Assembly (NCBI GenBank): GCA_944383415.1
Contig: CALWPK010000001.1
Coordinates: forward strand, 11,261-75,260
Direction of reading: 5' to 3'
Length of the DNA stretch: 64,000 nucleotides
Origin: an uncultured Clostridia bacterium
GTDB taxonomy: Bacteria; Bacillota; Clostridia; Christensenellales; UBA1242
Part shown: piece after piece, positions 28,107 through 39,400 of the stretch
Numbering within the stretch: the first letter of the stretch is position 1
Layout: every line of letters starts with the position of its first letter
The notes under the pieces: generated by a model
Database searches by the model: none
The model's input: the letters and a program-made list of their open reading frames with translations, nothing else
What the model was told of the DNA's origin: nothing
Made by a program: the position numbers and the translations under genes

Positions 28107-28478
28107 TTATTTAAGTTCAACAGTTGCGCCTGCAGTCTTCAATGCAGTTTCCAAAGCCTTAGCCTCTTCAGTAGGAACATTTTCCTTGACTGTGGCTGGA
28201 GCGCTTTCAACAAGATTCTTTGCTTCCATCAAGCCAAGACCAGTAGCCTCACGAACGGCTTTGATGACTGCAATTTTATTTGCTCCAACTTCTTTTAATA
28301 CTACATTGAATTCAGTTTTTTCTTCAGCAGGAGCAGCAGCCTCGCCAGCAACCGCTGGACCTGCCACTACAGCAGCCGCTGCACTGACACCAAATTCTTC
28401 TTCCAATGCTTTCACCAACTCGTTAAGTTCAACGGCGGTTTTCTTTTTGATTTCTTCAACGATTTCTTGTGTTGTCAT
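28107..28478 (-). CDS. rplL: 50S ribosomal protein L7/L12
   Basis: 123 aa. Ala-rich hinge ...[25 protein letters not shown]... and C-terminal ...[20 protein letters not shown]... Confidence 0.97.
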   Translation of the reverse strand: MTTQEIVEEIKKKTAVELNELVKALEEEFGVSAAAAVVAGPAVAGEAAAPAEEKTEFNVVLKEVGANKIAVIKAVREATGLGLMEAKNLVESAPATVKENVPTEEAKALETALKTAGATVELK

Positions 28479-28503
28479 AATTTATCTCCTTTTAAATTAG
28501 TCT

Positions 28504-28992
28504 TTAACCTTTTTTCTCTGCGATAGCTTTAAATGCACGAGCAAGACCTGAAACTGGTGCATTGAGGACGTATAGCAATTGAGCAACAAGTTGTTCTTTT
28601 GTAGGAATGCTAGCAAGCGTTTTAACTTCATTCTCATCCATAACTTTGCCATTATAGTAACCAGCCTTGATAGACAATGAAGTATAATCTTTCATAGCAT
28701 TTTTTACCAACCTAGGAGCAACTGTCTCATCATCCAAGCCAAACGCAAATGCAGTAGTACCATTGAGTGCTTCGTCAAAACCTGTGATACCCAATTGCTC
28801 ACAAGCCTTTTTGAAAAGAGTGTTTTTAATAACTTTGTAAACAACATTATTATTACGCATTTCCTTTCTCAAAGCGGTGTCTTGACTAACAGTGATACCG
28901 CGATAGTCTACCAAAACAATTGACTTCGAAGACTCGATCAACTTCTTGATTTCTTCTACCGCAACTTTTTTTGCTTCTTGATTTGCTGACAC
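28504..28992 (-). CDS. rplJ: 50S ribosomal protein L10
   Basis: 162 aa. GTG start after GGAGG. ...IVLVDYRGITVSQDTALRKEMR... Lies upstream of rplL. Confidence 0.95.
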   Translation of the reverse strand: MSANQEAKKVAVEEIKKLIESSKSIVLVDYRGITVSQDTALRKEMRNNNVVYKVIKNTLFKKACEQLGITGFDEALNGTTAFAFGLDDETVAPRLVKNAMKDYTSLSIKAGYYNGKVMDENEVKTLASIPTKEQLVAQLLYVLNAPVSGLARAFKAIAEKKG

Positions 28993-29146
28993 TTTAATCC
29001 TCCTTTATGCTATTAAATAAAAATTCCTTTTGCCAAGACAAAAGGAACTCAATATATCGACATTCTTTTCTCTTCCTACACAAGCAACTAATGTTTTACG
29101 CTCTCGCACTTGTGGTCTTTGGCTAGAATTTTATTTAACTTGTATT
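28993..29146 (-). promoter_or_regulatory. L10 (rplJ) leader with an intrinsic attenuator hairpin
   Basis: ~150-nt leader between the promoter and the GTG. Minus strand reads TTCCTTTTG-tcttgg-CAAAAGGAA (29047..29024), then TTTTT, just before the SD. This is the arrangement of Firmicute L10-leader autoregulatory RNAs. Confidence 0.6.
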
Positions 29147-29175
29147 AGTTTACGCTAAATTTAACCTTTTGTCAA
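29147..29175 (-). promoter_or_regulatory. Sigma-A type promoter of rplJ-rplL
   Basis: Minus strand reads TTGACA (29175..29170), 17 nt, TAAACT (29152..29147). Confidence 0.6.
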
Positions 29176-29267
29176 GAGTTTTTATGAAATTTTTTCTTCA
29201 AACATCAAATTCGACAAATTTGCGATATCTTTTGCGCAATTGGAGGGGGAAAATTGAATTTTTTGTA

Positions 29268-29296
29268 TTGACAAACAATACTCTATATGGTAGAAT
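29268..29296 (+). promoter_or_regulatory. Sigma-A type promoter of the lipoprotein gene
   Basis: TTGACA (29268..29273), 17 nt, TGG-TAGAAT (29291..29296). Confidence 0.7.
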
Positions 29297-29332
29297 TCAA
29301 AGAGAATTTATATTCTAACAAAAGGAGTTATT

Positions 29333-30385
29333 ATGAAAAGAAAAAAATCAAGTACGTCAAAAGACGAACAAGTTTTTTACAAAAGAAAAGGGGAAAGATT
29401 AATACCAAAGATGATTAATGAGAAAATTGCAACTATAGCACTAGCAGGCACTCTCGTGCTTGGTGTGGCAGGTCTCGCAGGATGCAATAACGACATCTCA
29501 AAGGTCAATCCTCCAAATCAAGTGGATCCTGATACCGGATATTCGCAACTGGTCACCGATCTGGCAGAAAATGATTATTACAATAGTTTGATACGTAAAG
29601 CAGCAAACGATCCAGATGTATTAAATGGTCCATCTTTTGATCCTCATCCTTATGGATTTTTGGAAGATCAAGGTATCGATACTGATGGCATCAAAAAGGG
29701 TAATCTAGAGTGCAAGACGATCTCTTTCACAAGGAAAGAAGAACCCAACAATCTATACATAATGACCTATGCTGAACAAGATTCTTCTAAACCTTACTTC
29801 AACGAATATATGATTCGTTATACTCTATCTGATAGTGAAATGGAAGATTACAAATATCTTCACGAAAACCATTATATCCAAGCACAATTTATTAATGATT
29901 TCATATCGCAGGAAAAAGATCCCGAGATCCTGAGTTATACCAAGATGAGCGTCAATGCACATAAAAATTTGGCAGATAGTTTGGGTGACGGATCACTAGA
30001 TCCTTTCGTAAAGGATATCGTGAGGACGAATAATATTGATTTCGTGCTAAAGGAGTATTCTCAAGAAACTGGGCTATTCACTGTATATCTATTCCCGAAA
30101 CTGGAACTAACTTCTTCGATGAACACTAATGATAAATTTGCTGAACTTCGCCTAACTCAACATCTTACCCCTATCACTATTGAAAACGATATATTTATGG
30201 ATCCTAGTACCTCTGCAGGTTTCTTACCTAATGTTTTATCTGATGAATATCCTACCTATGAAGATTGGAAGAATGCTACGCAAACAGTTGAATATTATTC
30301 AAATCAGACCACAAGATTAAATTTGAAATTGCCTAATGTGACTGATGAAATAAATGAAATCAAGGCTAATATCGACGTAAAATAA
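29333..30385 (+). CDS. Putative lipoprotein (350 aa), function unknown
   Basis: AAGGAG SD. Signal peptide with canonical lipobox ...LVLGVAGLAG-C-NN. The mature part is Asp/Asn/Tyr-rich with no recognised domain. Confidence 0.8.
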   Translation: MKRKKSSTSKDEQVFYKRKGERLIPKMINEKIATIALAGTLVLGVAGLAGCNNDISKVNPPNQVDPDTGYSQLVTDLAENDYYNSLIRKAANDPDVLNGPSFDPHPYGFLEDQGIDTDGIKKGNLECKTISFTRKEEPNNLYIMTYAEQDSSKPYFNEYMIRYTLSDSEMEDYKYLHENHYIQAQFINDFISQEKDPEILSYTKMSVNAHKNLADSLGDGSLDPFVKDIVRTNNIDFVLKEYSQETGLFTVYLFPKLELTSSMNTNDKFAELRLTQHLTPITIENDIFMDPSTSAGFLPNVLSDEYPTYEDWKNATQTVEYYSNQTTRLNLKLPNVTDEINEIKANIDVK

Positions 30386-30396
30386 TCAAATTGATA

Positions 30397-30431
30397 TAAA
30401 AAATTGTAGATCGAAATCTACAATTTTTTTT
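30397..30431. terminator. Bidirectional terminator shared by the convergent lipoprotein gene and giant gene
   Basis: An A-run, then attgtagat - cgaa - atctacaat, then T8. It ends 3 nt before the giant gene stop codon. Confidence 0.85.
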
Positions 30432-30433
30432 GT

Positions 30434-33400
30434 TTAATACACATTGATCGAGCCGGCATTTCCACCCATTCCGATTGATCCATTCGTGTCAGAAGCAATC
30501 TTTGACAATGTTTTTCCTCCACCGAACGTAATCTTCACTCTCTCAACAAATATAGTCGTGTGTCCGATATTTGGAGAGCCCGAATATCCTTCTAGATTTT
30601 GAATTGATGGAACTAAATAGTATCCGCTCTTTTCTGCTACCTTGGTCCCCTCTTCAGTATTTCCGTCTCCGCTCAATTCTTTGATATATCGTGTCCACTC
30701 CTCTGTCAGTTGAGATTGCGTAGTGCCTTCTTGAATCGAATAACGATATCTAGTATACAAATTGATCTTTGGATAAGTAGCAAATTTGTTGAAATTGTAA
30801 TTCATATTTGAAGCATTAATATATTTGATCGTAATTGAACTAAGGATACCTGTAGTCTCATCTAATACGTATGAAGAACTAATTTGATACCATAGATTCT
30901 CATCCGTATCATAGATATATAAGTCGGTCAATCGGACAAGTTCTTCTTCTTCTTCTTGCGTGGTGTCGTCTGCTATCAGATCTGCCACATAGTATTCATC
31001 AAGGATAGATGTACTGCCCTCTATCTCTACATAAGATGCCAGATCCGCCAATGTATAAGTCGCACTATCTGACCCATCATCTTTCGTGGATAGATTGATA
31101 GTGATAGCATCGTAATATGTCGAACTCGTGTCGTTTAGGTTGTAATTTTCTAGCACGGTGTAGACTCTGTCCTCGCCATCACTATTCGCTTTCACCTGAT
31201 ATCCGCCATCATAATAGTAGTATGTGACAGCCTGTGTGATCGTAGGACTGGTAGATGCAGAATTAGACACTAAAGTATACAAATTGCTATCCTTAGAATT
31301 GCTGATAGTGCTTTCATAAGGGTCTATGAACCCATAAGGATACAACTTGATGTCATAACTCGTTCCTGAAGATGGCGGAGCAGATAGTGCTGGAATGCTA
31401 GAATATATCAATGCTGAATCGAAATCTGCACTGTTAGATATGCTTGAGATGTAGAAGTAATATATCTCTGGATCTAACACGGTAGTTGTGCCATCATCAT
31501 TTTCAATAATCTGATAATATGGAACGCTGATATAATCTATTCCATATCTTTCATCATTAGAAGGTTCTCTATTTTGATAGACGAATCTACCTACCTTTTG
31601 CTCAGCATTATCTATATTTGTACCAGACGCTGTGTAGTATGCTCCTTCGAAATAGTCATAGCCTAATAGAGAGATTGATCTATCAAAGGCTTCTGTATTA
31701 ATCGTATATTGATAGTCTACATTTTTCGTAGGGGTGGCACCTCTGAGGGATGTGAATTGCTTGCTCTCATCTATCGTGTAATAGTATGAGCCGTTGTATT
31801 TCAGATTGTTCGTAGGGTATGCACTTTCATAGTCTCCGCTAGGACCTATATCGCCTATAGAATATGTGCCAGTCGTATCGTCAAAGATACCATAGACATA
31901 TATATACCCATACCTTTGAGGATCAATTTTATAAGCACCTCGCCGTTCAGTCAAGACGCCAGAGACATTGATCATTTCTTCTATGAAGAAAGGTTGTGCT
32001 GGAGTGGTATCTACCTGCCCTGCCTCAACACTGATGTAATACATTCCGTTGATATAAATATAGGTCGGAAGAACAAAATACTCATTCCCTGCCGTATCTT
32101 CAGCGTAATAATAGCCAGCATCTTGAATCGCAGAAATGATCTCTTCGCTATTCGAACCTGAAATAGATATATCTTCATCTGTAGGAGAATAAATAATAGT
32201 CAAACTGCCTCTAGACATTAGTGAAGTATGTGCCTCCTCCATCCCGAGATTATCAACAGGTGTAGCAGTGTAATAATGAGAATAATAGTCGTTCGGTCTA
32301 GTCGATGAGAAGGCAGAGTATATATTGCCATAGTCGTCTACATATAAATAATCAAAAGTATCATCAATGACACCATTGGTGTAATTAATATTCCTTGAAT
32401 AAGAAGATGATAATACGCCGAAGTTTTGATCCTTTTGCTCCAAAAACATAGTCTTTGAAATCTGTTGTGACAAGAAATGCTGATTCAATATATTCACACC
32501 TACTGTAACTGAGACAGCAAGCATTGAAACTAATGTCGTTCTCCCTAATACTCTCAATAATTTCTTAAGTCCAGTCTTGGCTCCGCTTTTGACTACATTA
32601 TTGAGCATATTCCCAGCGAATTTACCTGCTGCTGCCAAAGGCCCTGCCACGCCAAGAGATGCCGCCAAAAGTGCAACATCAAATGCTACTGACAAGCCAA
32701 ACATTACCCAACCGAAGACATCTACAGCATTAGCATTTGCCTGCAATGCCGCCGCCTGAGAAGTAGAAAATCCGCTGACTTCGAAGATTGAACCAGATCT
32801 TGGCAAATCATAACTGACTTGCTCAACATAAGTATTGTCTCCTGCCTTCAATCCTGCCAAAGTAGCATTGTCATACACTACTGAGAATACGAAGTATGCA
32901 CCAGTATGATTTCTACCATAGGTGGCATCACCAGCAAGAGATTCATCTCCCTGCATATAGTCGCTCACGTAATATGATATGAATCGCCAACTATTGGGTT
33001 GATTTTGATAACTAACATTTCTTGGCTCCTCACTGCCACCCAATGATGTATAATCCTTGTCCCAAATGAAATAGGTCAATCCCTGATTGTTGTTCGCACT
33101 GTTGTTCATATCAAGGTAGTACAACGATTTTGGACTCTCTGTGACCAGTGCTCCCAAAATATAATCCAAAGCACTTGGTGCTCCGTCCTCAAGAGTCTTG
33201 TATCCTGAAGCGTTCTCTTCTTCTGTATTGTTTATCTCTGGGACAGCAATACCCATAGCAGAGTATAGACTTGGCGAGCCTTCCTCATCTTCATATACGG
33301 TGAAACATATATAATTAGGATTATAGTAATACAAAGTGTCGCTAAACTTTCCCACTAATTTCAACGAATTGTATTCGCGCACTGCCTCCAAATCGGTTGC

Positions 33401-36400
33401 CGATGGTTCGATTACTCGTGTTCCATTAGCATTCATTTCGAGATGAGTTGAATTTTCTACAATGCTGACCACCTCGTTCCAATCTTCTATATTGCCGTTG
33501 AGTCGAGTATTTTCCAATTCTAAATTTTTGATTGTGCCAACGTGTGTGATATTCGCCGCATCATAAATCACTGCTAATGAATCCCAGCCTATATCATCCG
33601 CTTGAGGTATGCAACGCTGGATCATCCTAAATGCCGTGTAATCTTTGTGCCAACCTTTTGCACTAGAATTGATAGGATTGTGCGCATCTTCTGAATAGAA
33701 TGATTCATTTGACGAACCTGCGATATTGAGTACATCCAGATTGATATAATAAGCCTGTGCCACCATAATTACTGAACCTTCTTCGCTCTGATCATCTACA
33801 TCAAAGTATGATTCTCCATCCGCGTAGTTGCTATTTTCTACAATGTTAATCGTGAATGGATAGTGATGTGTGCCCATTACATTTGCGGTGAAATTCCTAC
33901 CTGTATATGGCAATTTCAGCATACCTATGAAGCCTCCAAAGTTGGTCGCACTACCCACATCGTCATAAGATCCGCTGTCTGTAACATATATGTTATCTGA
34001 GATATTACCCAAGAAATTACCTTCATTATTTCTATTGCTAGTGAATTCTAATTTCCCAATCAGACCTCCAATATAGTATGAAGAATCTGTATCAATACTG
34101 ATCTTAACTGAGGACTCTTCAATAGTCAATTCGGCGTCATTTGAGACTAATTTTCCGAACAGACCGCCGACATACATTCCTGTATATTTCGACTGAATGT
34201 TAATCGTGCCTTGACCATTCGCATCAGCGAGTGAATATTGACTCAAATTCGCCGTTCCTTCATAGTATCCCAAAATTCCGCCTATGTTGTATCCTCCGTC
34301 TACGCTGACGTCACTCAATAATTCTGGAGTTATTATCAAAGTCTCAGTCGCGTCTACAGTCGTTGAATCAGAGGCATAATAAAAGCCATAATATGCACCT
34401 ACGTTGACGCCAAGTTGTGCATCGACGTTCGCTTGAACCTTGTTGCTCTCTATCGCTCTCAAGCCTCCGCTGACAGTGTGTGTCACGTCAGACATCACAG
34501 AGCCAATGAATCCGCCGAAGCCCGATGTCATTTCGTTGAAGTCGGTAGTAGCCTCAGATACATAAGAGTTTTCGTCATTATAACTATAATATTCAAATGC
34601 TTCGGTTGGATCGTTCGGATTAGTAGTACCCCCTCCGAAATAGAATTCCACCATATTGTTTGAAATAGTAGATACAGTGATATTATTCCCATCATCGTAC
34701 AAGACATCGCCTTCATTAGTTGAAAGCACATTAGTGTCATACACACAATTGTTCTGAACAGTGCCCGCCTCTGCCGTGCCAATGAATCCTCCCACACTGG
34801 TAGGAATATAGTATTCATAACCAGTCTGGACTATGCCATACTCTATGGTAGACATTCCTATTGCTAAATATATTCCTTTGACTTCTAGGAGTTGCTCGTT
34901 TTCTATAGTGGTATCACTAGAATTTTGTTTTGCTACAATATTGCCATCTATTACTGAATTTGCATTGTTGATGTATCCTACAAAACCGCCCACACTAGCA
35001 TTGCCATAGACATTCGCCTCAGTCCAGATGTTGCTAGCAACGTCTCCTTCAAAGTGTCCGAATGCACCACCGACATTCACCGCTCCTACTACTTTACCTG
35101 TGGAGGACACTGAGTTGCCACTTAATTCATACAGTTCGCCTTCCGATCCGTCTGCAATGCAGAGTTCGTAATTTGAATCATAATATTGATTTCCTGCTTC
35201 AATATTGGATGTTGGGACGAATTCAATTGTGTTCTCTACCGTCACATTTTCACCGACATAACCTATCAATCCGCCGACATTTTGATAACCAGTGATGATG
35301 TCCGCACTATTTTTGATATTCACAATCTTGACATCGGCATTTGATACTACATAACCTATTGTTCCGCCTACATTTACCATACGGATCGTATTGTCCACTT
35401 GTGCCCCTACGGCAACGTTGAGGTCGAATTCTGAGTTGTCATTATTTATTCCCCAAATGCTACCCGATTCTGAATTCGGTCCGATCAGTGAGGTATCTGA
35501 ATTCTCTAGATTTTCTACCAAAGTCGTATCTTCGCTGATGCGTCCAGCAATTCCGCCGATATTGTAGATATATTTCGTATCCTCACCTGGCGTGCTACCG
35601 ACTAGGATCAGATTGTTGCCTGTAATGGTTGCCGTATCCGAATCACCTTCTCCTGTGACGAAATCATTTGCTTGATATCTCAGTTCGCCTTTCTTGTAAT
35701 AACCGAACAGTCCGCCCCAGTTGAAGCGATTGTTGTAGCCTTGCTGATCTGCGTAAATTGTCGCATAAGTCACATCTGAGGTGAGGAAATCAAAGTAAGT
35801 CGTACCGTCTCCAGAATTGGTCAATATGATGTCACTGATATCTTCACTACCATTTTCGCTGACTAGTCCTACCGCTCCACCGACATTGGTGGTACCATAG
35901 AGTTTCACACTGTATAGATTGTCCTCATTGTGCACTATTCCAATACTACCCGATTCGTAGACTCCTACGATTCCACCCAAGTTGTAAGTATTGACAGCGT
36001 GCAGTTCTGGTAGGGTCATATCTATGCCATAATTAAATATCAAGTTCGCATTTCCACTCAATTTCCCTGCCAACATTCCTACGCCTTGCGTGTTTTCTTT
36101 GCTAGCAGTGTAGTTGACGCCCTCTTGCGTGTTACCCAACTGAGCAGTCGTCTCATAAGTGACTTTCAGTGAATTTTCCTCACCAGTGAAGTAGAAATCT
36201 TGAACATTCAATGTTCCGCCACCGACTTTTGCTGACAGCAAGCCAAAATAGTTGCCGACTTCAACGTCAGTGTTTGTATCTGTAGTGATAGTCAATCCCT
36301 GTTCACCCAAATCTAATCCACAGTTTTCAAAATTGATAGTTGAATTATTAAGGTCGACCATATCTATGCTCATCTGAGCCACGAGCCCACCAAATACACT

Positions 36401-39400
36401 GATTTTGTTTGGAGTCTCAGCCCCAGCATTAGTTCCGCCTTGATTCAAGACTACAGTCAAATTAGAGATCGTAGCCACTGCCTCAGCATCATCTCCTACC
36501 ACAGCACCGACAATACCTCCCAATGTTGATACTCCACCCTCTGTTGTGAAGATATTGACTTTGTTGTTCGAACCAGTTTCATTCGCTTTGTACGCGCTGG
36601 CGTCTATATTTGGCGTAAAGTTGTCTATATATCCTATCAGTCCGCCTGCATAACTTATATTTTCTCCAAATCTCACGTAGAATGAATCCTTAGTTCCGTT
36701 CAATCCTTCAACATTTGTTAATCCATCAGGAGTGAAACCAAGTTTCAGATTGCCAGATTCTACCTTACCTGCTATCAATCCCGCAAAGTCTGCTGAATTG
36801 ATGGTCAAATTTGGGCGAACCGAGCCAACTTCGTCAGAATTGTACGTCACAAAGTCTTTTACGCTCACATTGCCAGACGAGATCACACCAAACAAGCCTG
36901 ATACATATCCAGAACCTGCAATTTGTGTGTTTTGTACTATTTCAATTTTGTCCACAATTACATTGTCGGCAGTTTGTTCATCTTCTACGTCAGGATTGAT
37001 GTTTTCGCCGAGCAAGCCAGCGTTCTCTAGCGTTTCGTTTGAACCGCCCAGTTTGAGATAGCCGAAATATGCATCTTTTATATTTGCAAACACACTGCCA
37101 TTTAGTCCGCTGATCTGACAAGCGTTCTCCAAACTCAACTCAGAGAATGCGTAATTCTTATTCGAAATGAAGAATCCAGCGAATGATGCTTGAGAGCCGT
37201 TGTAGAAAGCGTTTGCTTGTGCATTTTCATTCGCACTTCCCACAGGGCTCCAATCCAAATGCGTTCCGTTCGTAATCCTTGCATTTATGTCATAAATCAG
37301 TACGTAATATAATGAGGTATTCGCACCTGTAAATGTAGGACTTTCCGCATTGTCGCCATAATCCATAGCCAAACTTTGAATCGCTGATAGCAATCCTAAG
37401 TGAGGTATACGCATCAAATTGGCTTTCGTAGATTCGGACAATTCACTCGTCGAACTCAATGCATTCACCACGTCTTCATAACCTTGTCCCAAATCAATAG
37501 ATATTGACCCAGTCCCTGTATAGAGTTGATAATAATTATCGAAATATTCATACGAATTCGGATCAGTCCAATCGGTGAATTCATCCACTACCATCTTGTC
37601 AATCCTTACGGTAGGATACAGATAGTTGTAGCCAAACGTTTTGCTGTCTCTATCTATCAAATAATAATTGTTATCGATCTTGCGCGTGGTATAATACCAC
37701 TTTCCGTCCTCAAATCCGTCCAACACTTCTGCCGACATTAATGTGGCGGTATTGATTGTAGACAATATCGTAATATTTGTTTCTTCGTTCGTGATATTAA
37801 ACTGCTCAATATTTGCTAGCGAATCAACATAGTTGTTTGCACCCATCAATCCGCTAAGATTTGCAATAAATGAATTGCCTTGCGTAGAGATAGATTCTAT
37901 CACACCTGTAGAATACGTGTTGTATATGAAATTGTTTGCAAAGTTTTGCTGATTGCCTTCAGACACATTTTCTATCACAATACCCGCAGATACTGCGCTG
38001 ACAGCCGTAGTATCTCCAGTTTGAGTGACGTTGTTGATATATCCAGTGAAGTAGCAAGACAGGATCATTCCTTGATTCTGATACGTAATGCCCGCTATTG
38101 AACTAGCCGAAACTTGTACTACTTCCAATGACGAATATGAATATGAAATCAGTCCAGAATTTCTTCCCGCAATGAGACCCAAATTGTTCGAACTGATCTT
38201 TGCGCCTGTGCCTTGAATCGAACTGTTGAAAATCACACCTTCGTTTAATCCTGCTATCACGCCAGATATATTGCCCGAACCTAAATCGTAAGCGTTGTCT
38301 GAAGAAAGTTTGATATGCAGATTTGAGATCGCACTATGCCTATTTACTTTCGGAATAATTCCGCTGAATGTGCCCTCAGTGCTTGAATATACAGAACTAC
38401 TAATAAATTGGGTATATTCAGTCTCTCCACCTATCAGTATGCCGTTCAATGCTCCGCCCGCTTCCCCTGTGGCACGAATACTGTCTGTGATGTTGTTTGA
38501 TAGAATATAATATTTGAATTCATCATCACTTGAAACTAGCACATTCATATTGCCACTATCAATGATTGTAGGGTTGAGTGCACTCAATAGATAACTATAA
38601 GTATTGTCCGTTTGCCTTAAAATTCCATAATTCACCAATTGAGCGCTAAGGCTAGCAATGTATGGCAAATAATACGATCCTGAAGAAGAATTCAATTCTC
38701 CCCAAAAACCATTCCTTGAATTCAATCCGTTGTTTGTGTCCAATCTCCAAGCGTTGTTTCTAGTGAGAGTGTATGCGGATAGGTTGTACCCCGCTCCGCT
38801 CTCTTCTGAGAACAGTGCATAATCTGAAGAATAATATACATATTCAGTAGAAACGACATTGATCGCTCCGAACAATGCATTGATGTTGAGAGCCTGTATT
38901 GCTTGATAATCTATGCTATCTATTATTATGCTTGTCAACGAATATGCATTAATTATTGTCGCATTTTCTGCCTGACCTATGAATCCACCAATGTAGAAAT
39001 GATTGTTCGTATGATCGTCTGAATATGCTGTGATAGGCACGATCCTACCCGTACTTGCGAAGTTTGTCGCAGTGACAAGATTTGCCTGCCCTACCATACT
39101 GCCCGCATATAAACGCGTGGTCGTGACACTGCCGACAATGATGTCTGTGGTGGTCATAACCTCATTAATAGAAAGTCCACTATCATCACCAGCATAAGCC
39201 ACCACACCACTGGCGTAGACATTCCTTAGATCGCTATCTACACCTTCGCTATCCTCAGTGCTTATCGTACCAGTGAAGAGTGATTGATTGATAGAAAGCA
39301 TTGATTCATTATAACTTTCTGCAATTGCCACCCCGCTCGACAGATACAGGTTTGTAATCTGTGTGTTGCCCAAAACATTTATATTTGATGAAGTGTTCGC

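Noticed and set aside
27961-28500. 179-aa plus-strand ORF
   Set aside because: It is antisense to rplL. Its Ala/Ser/Thr-rich translation mirrors the Ala-rich L7/L12 hinge. The L7/L12 assignment on the minus strand is unambiguous.
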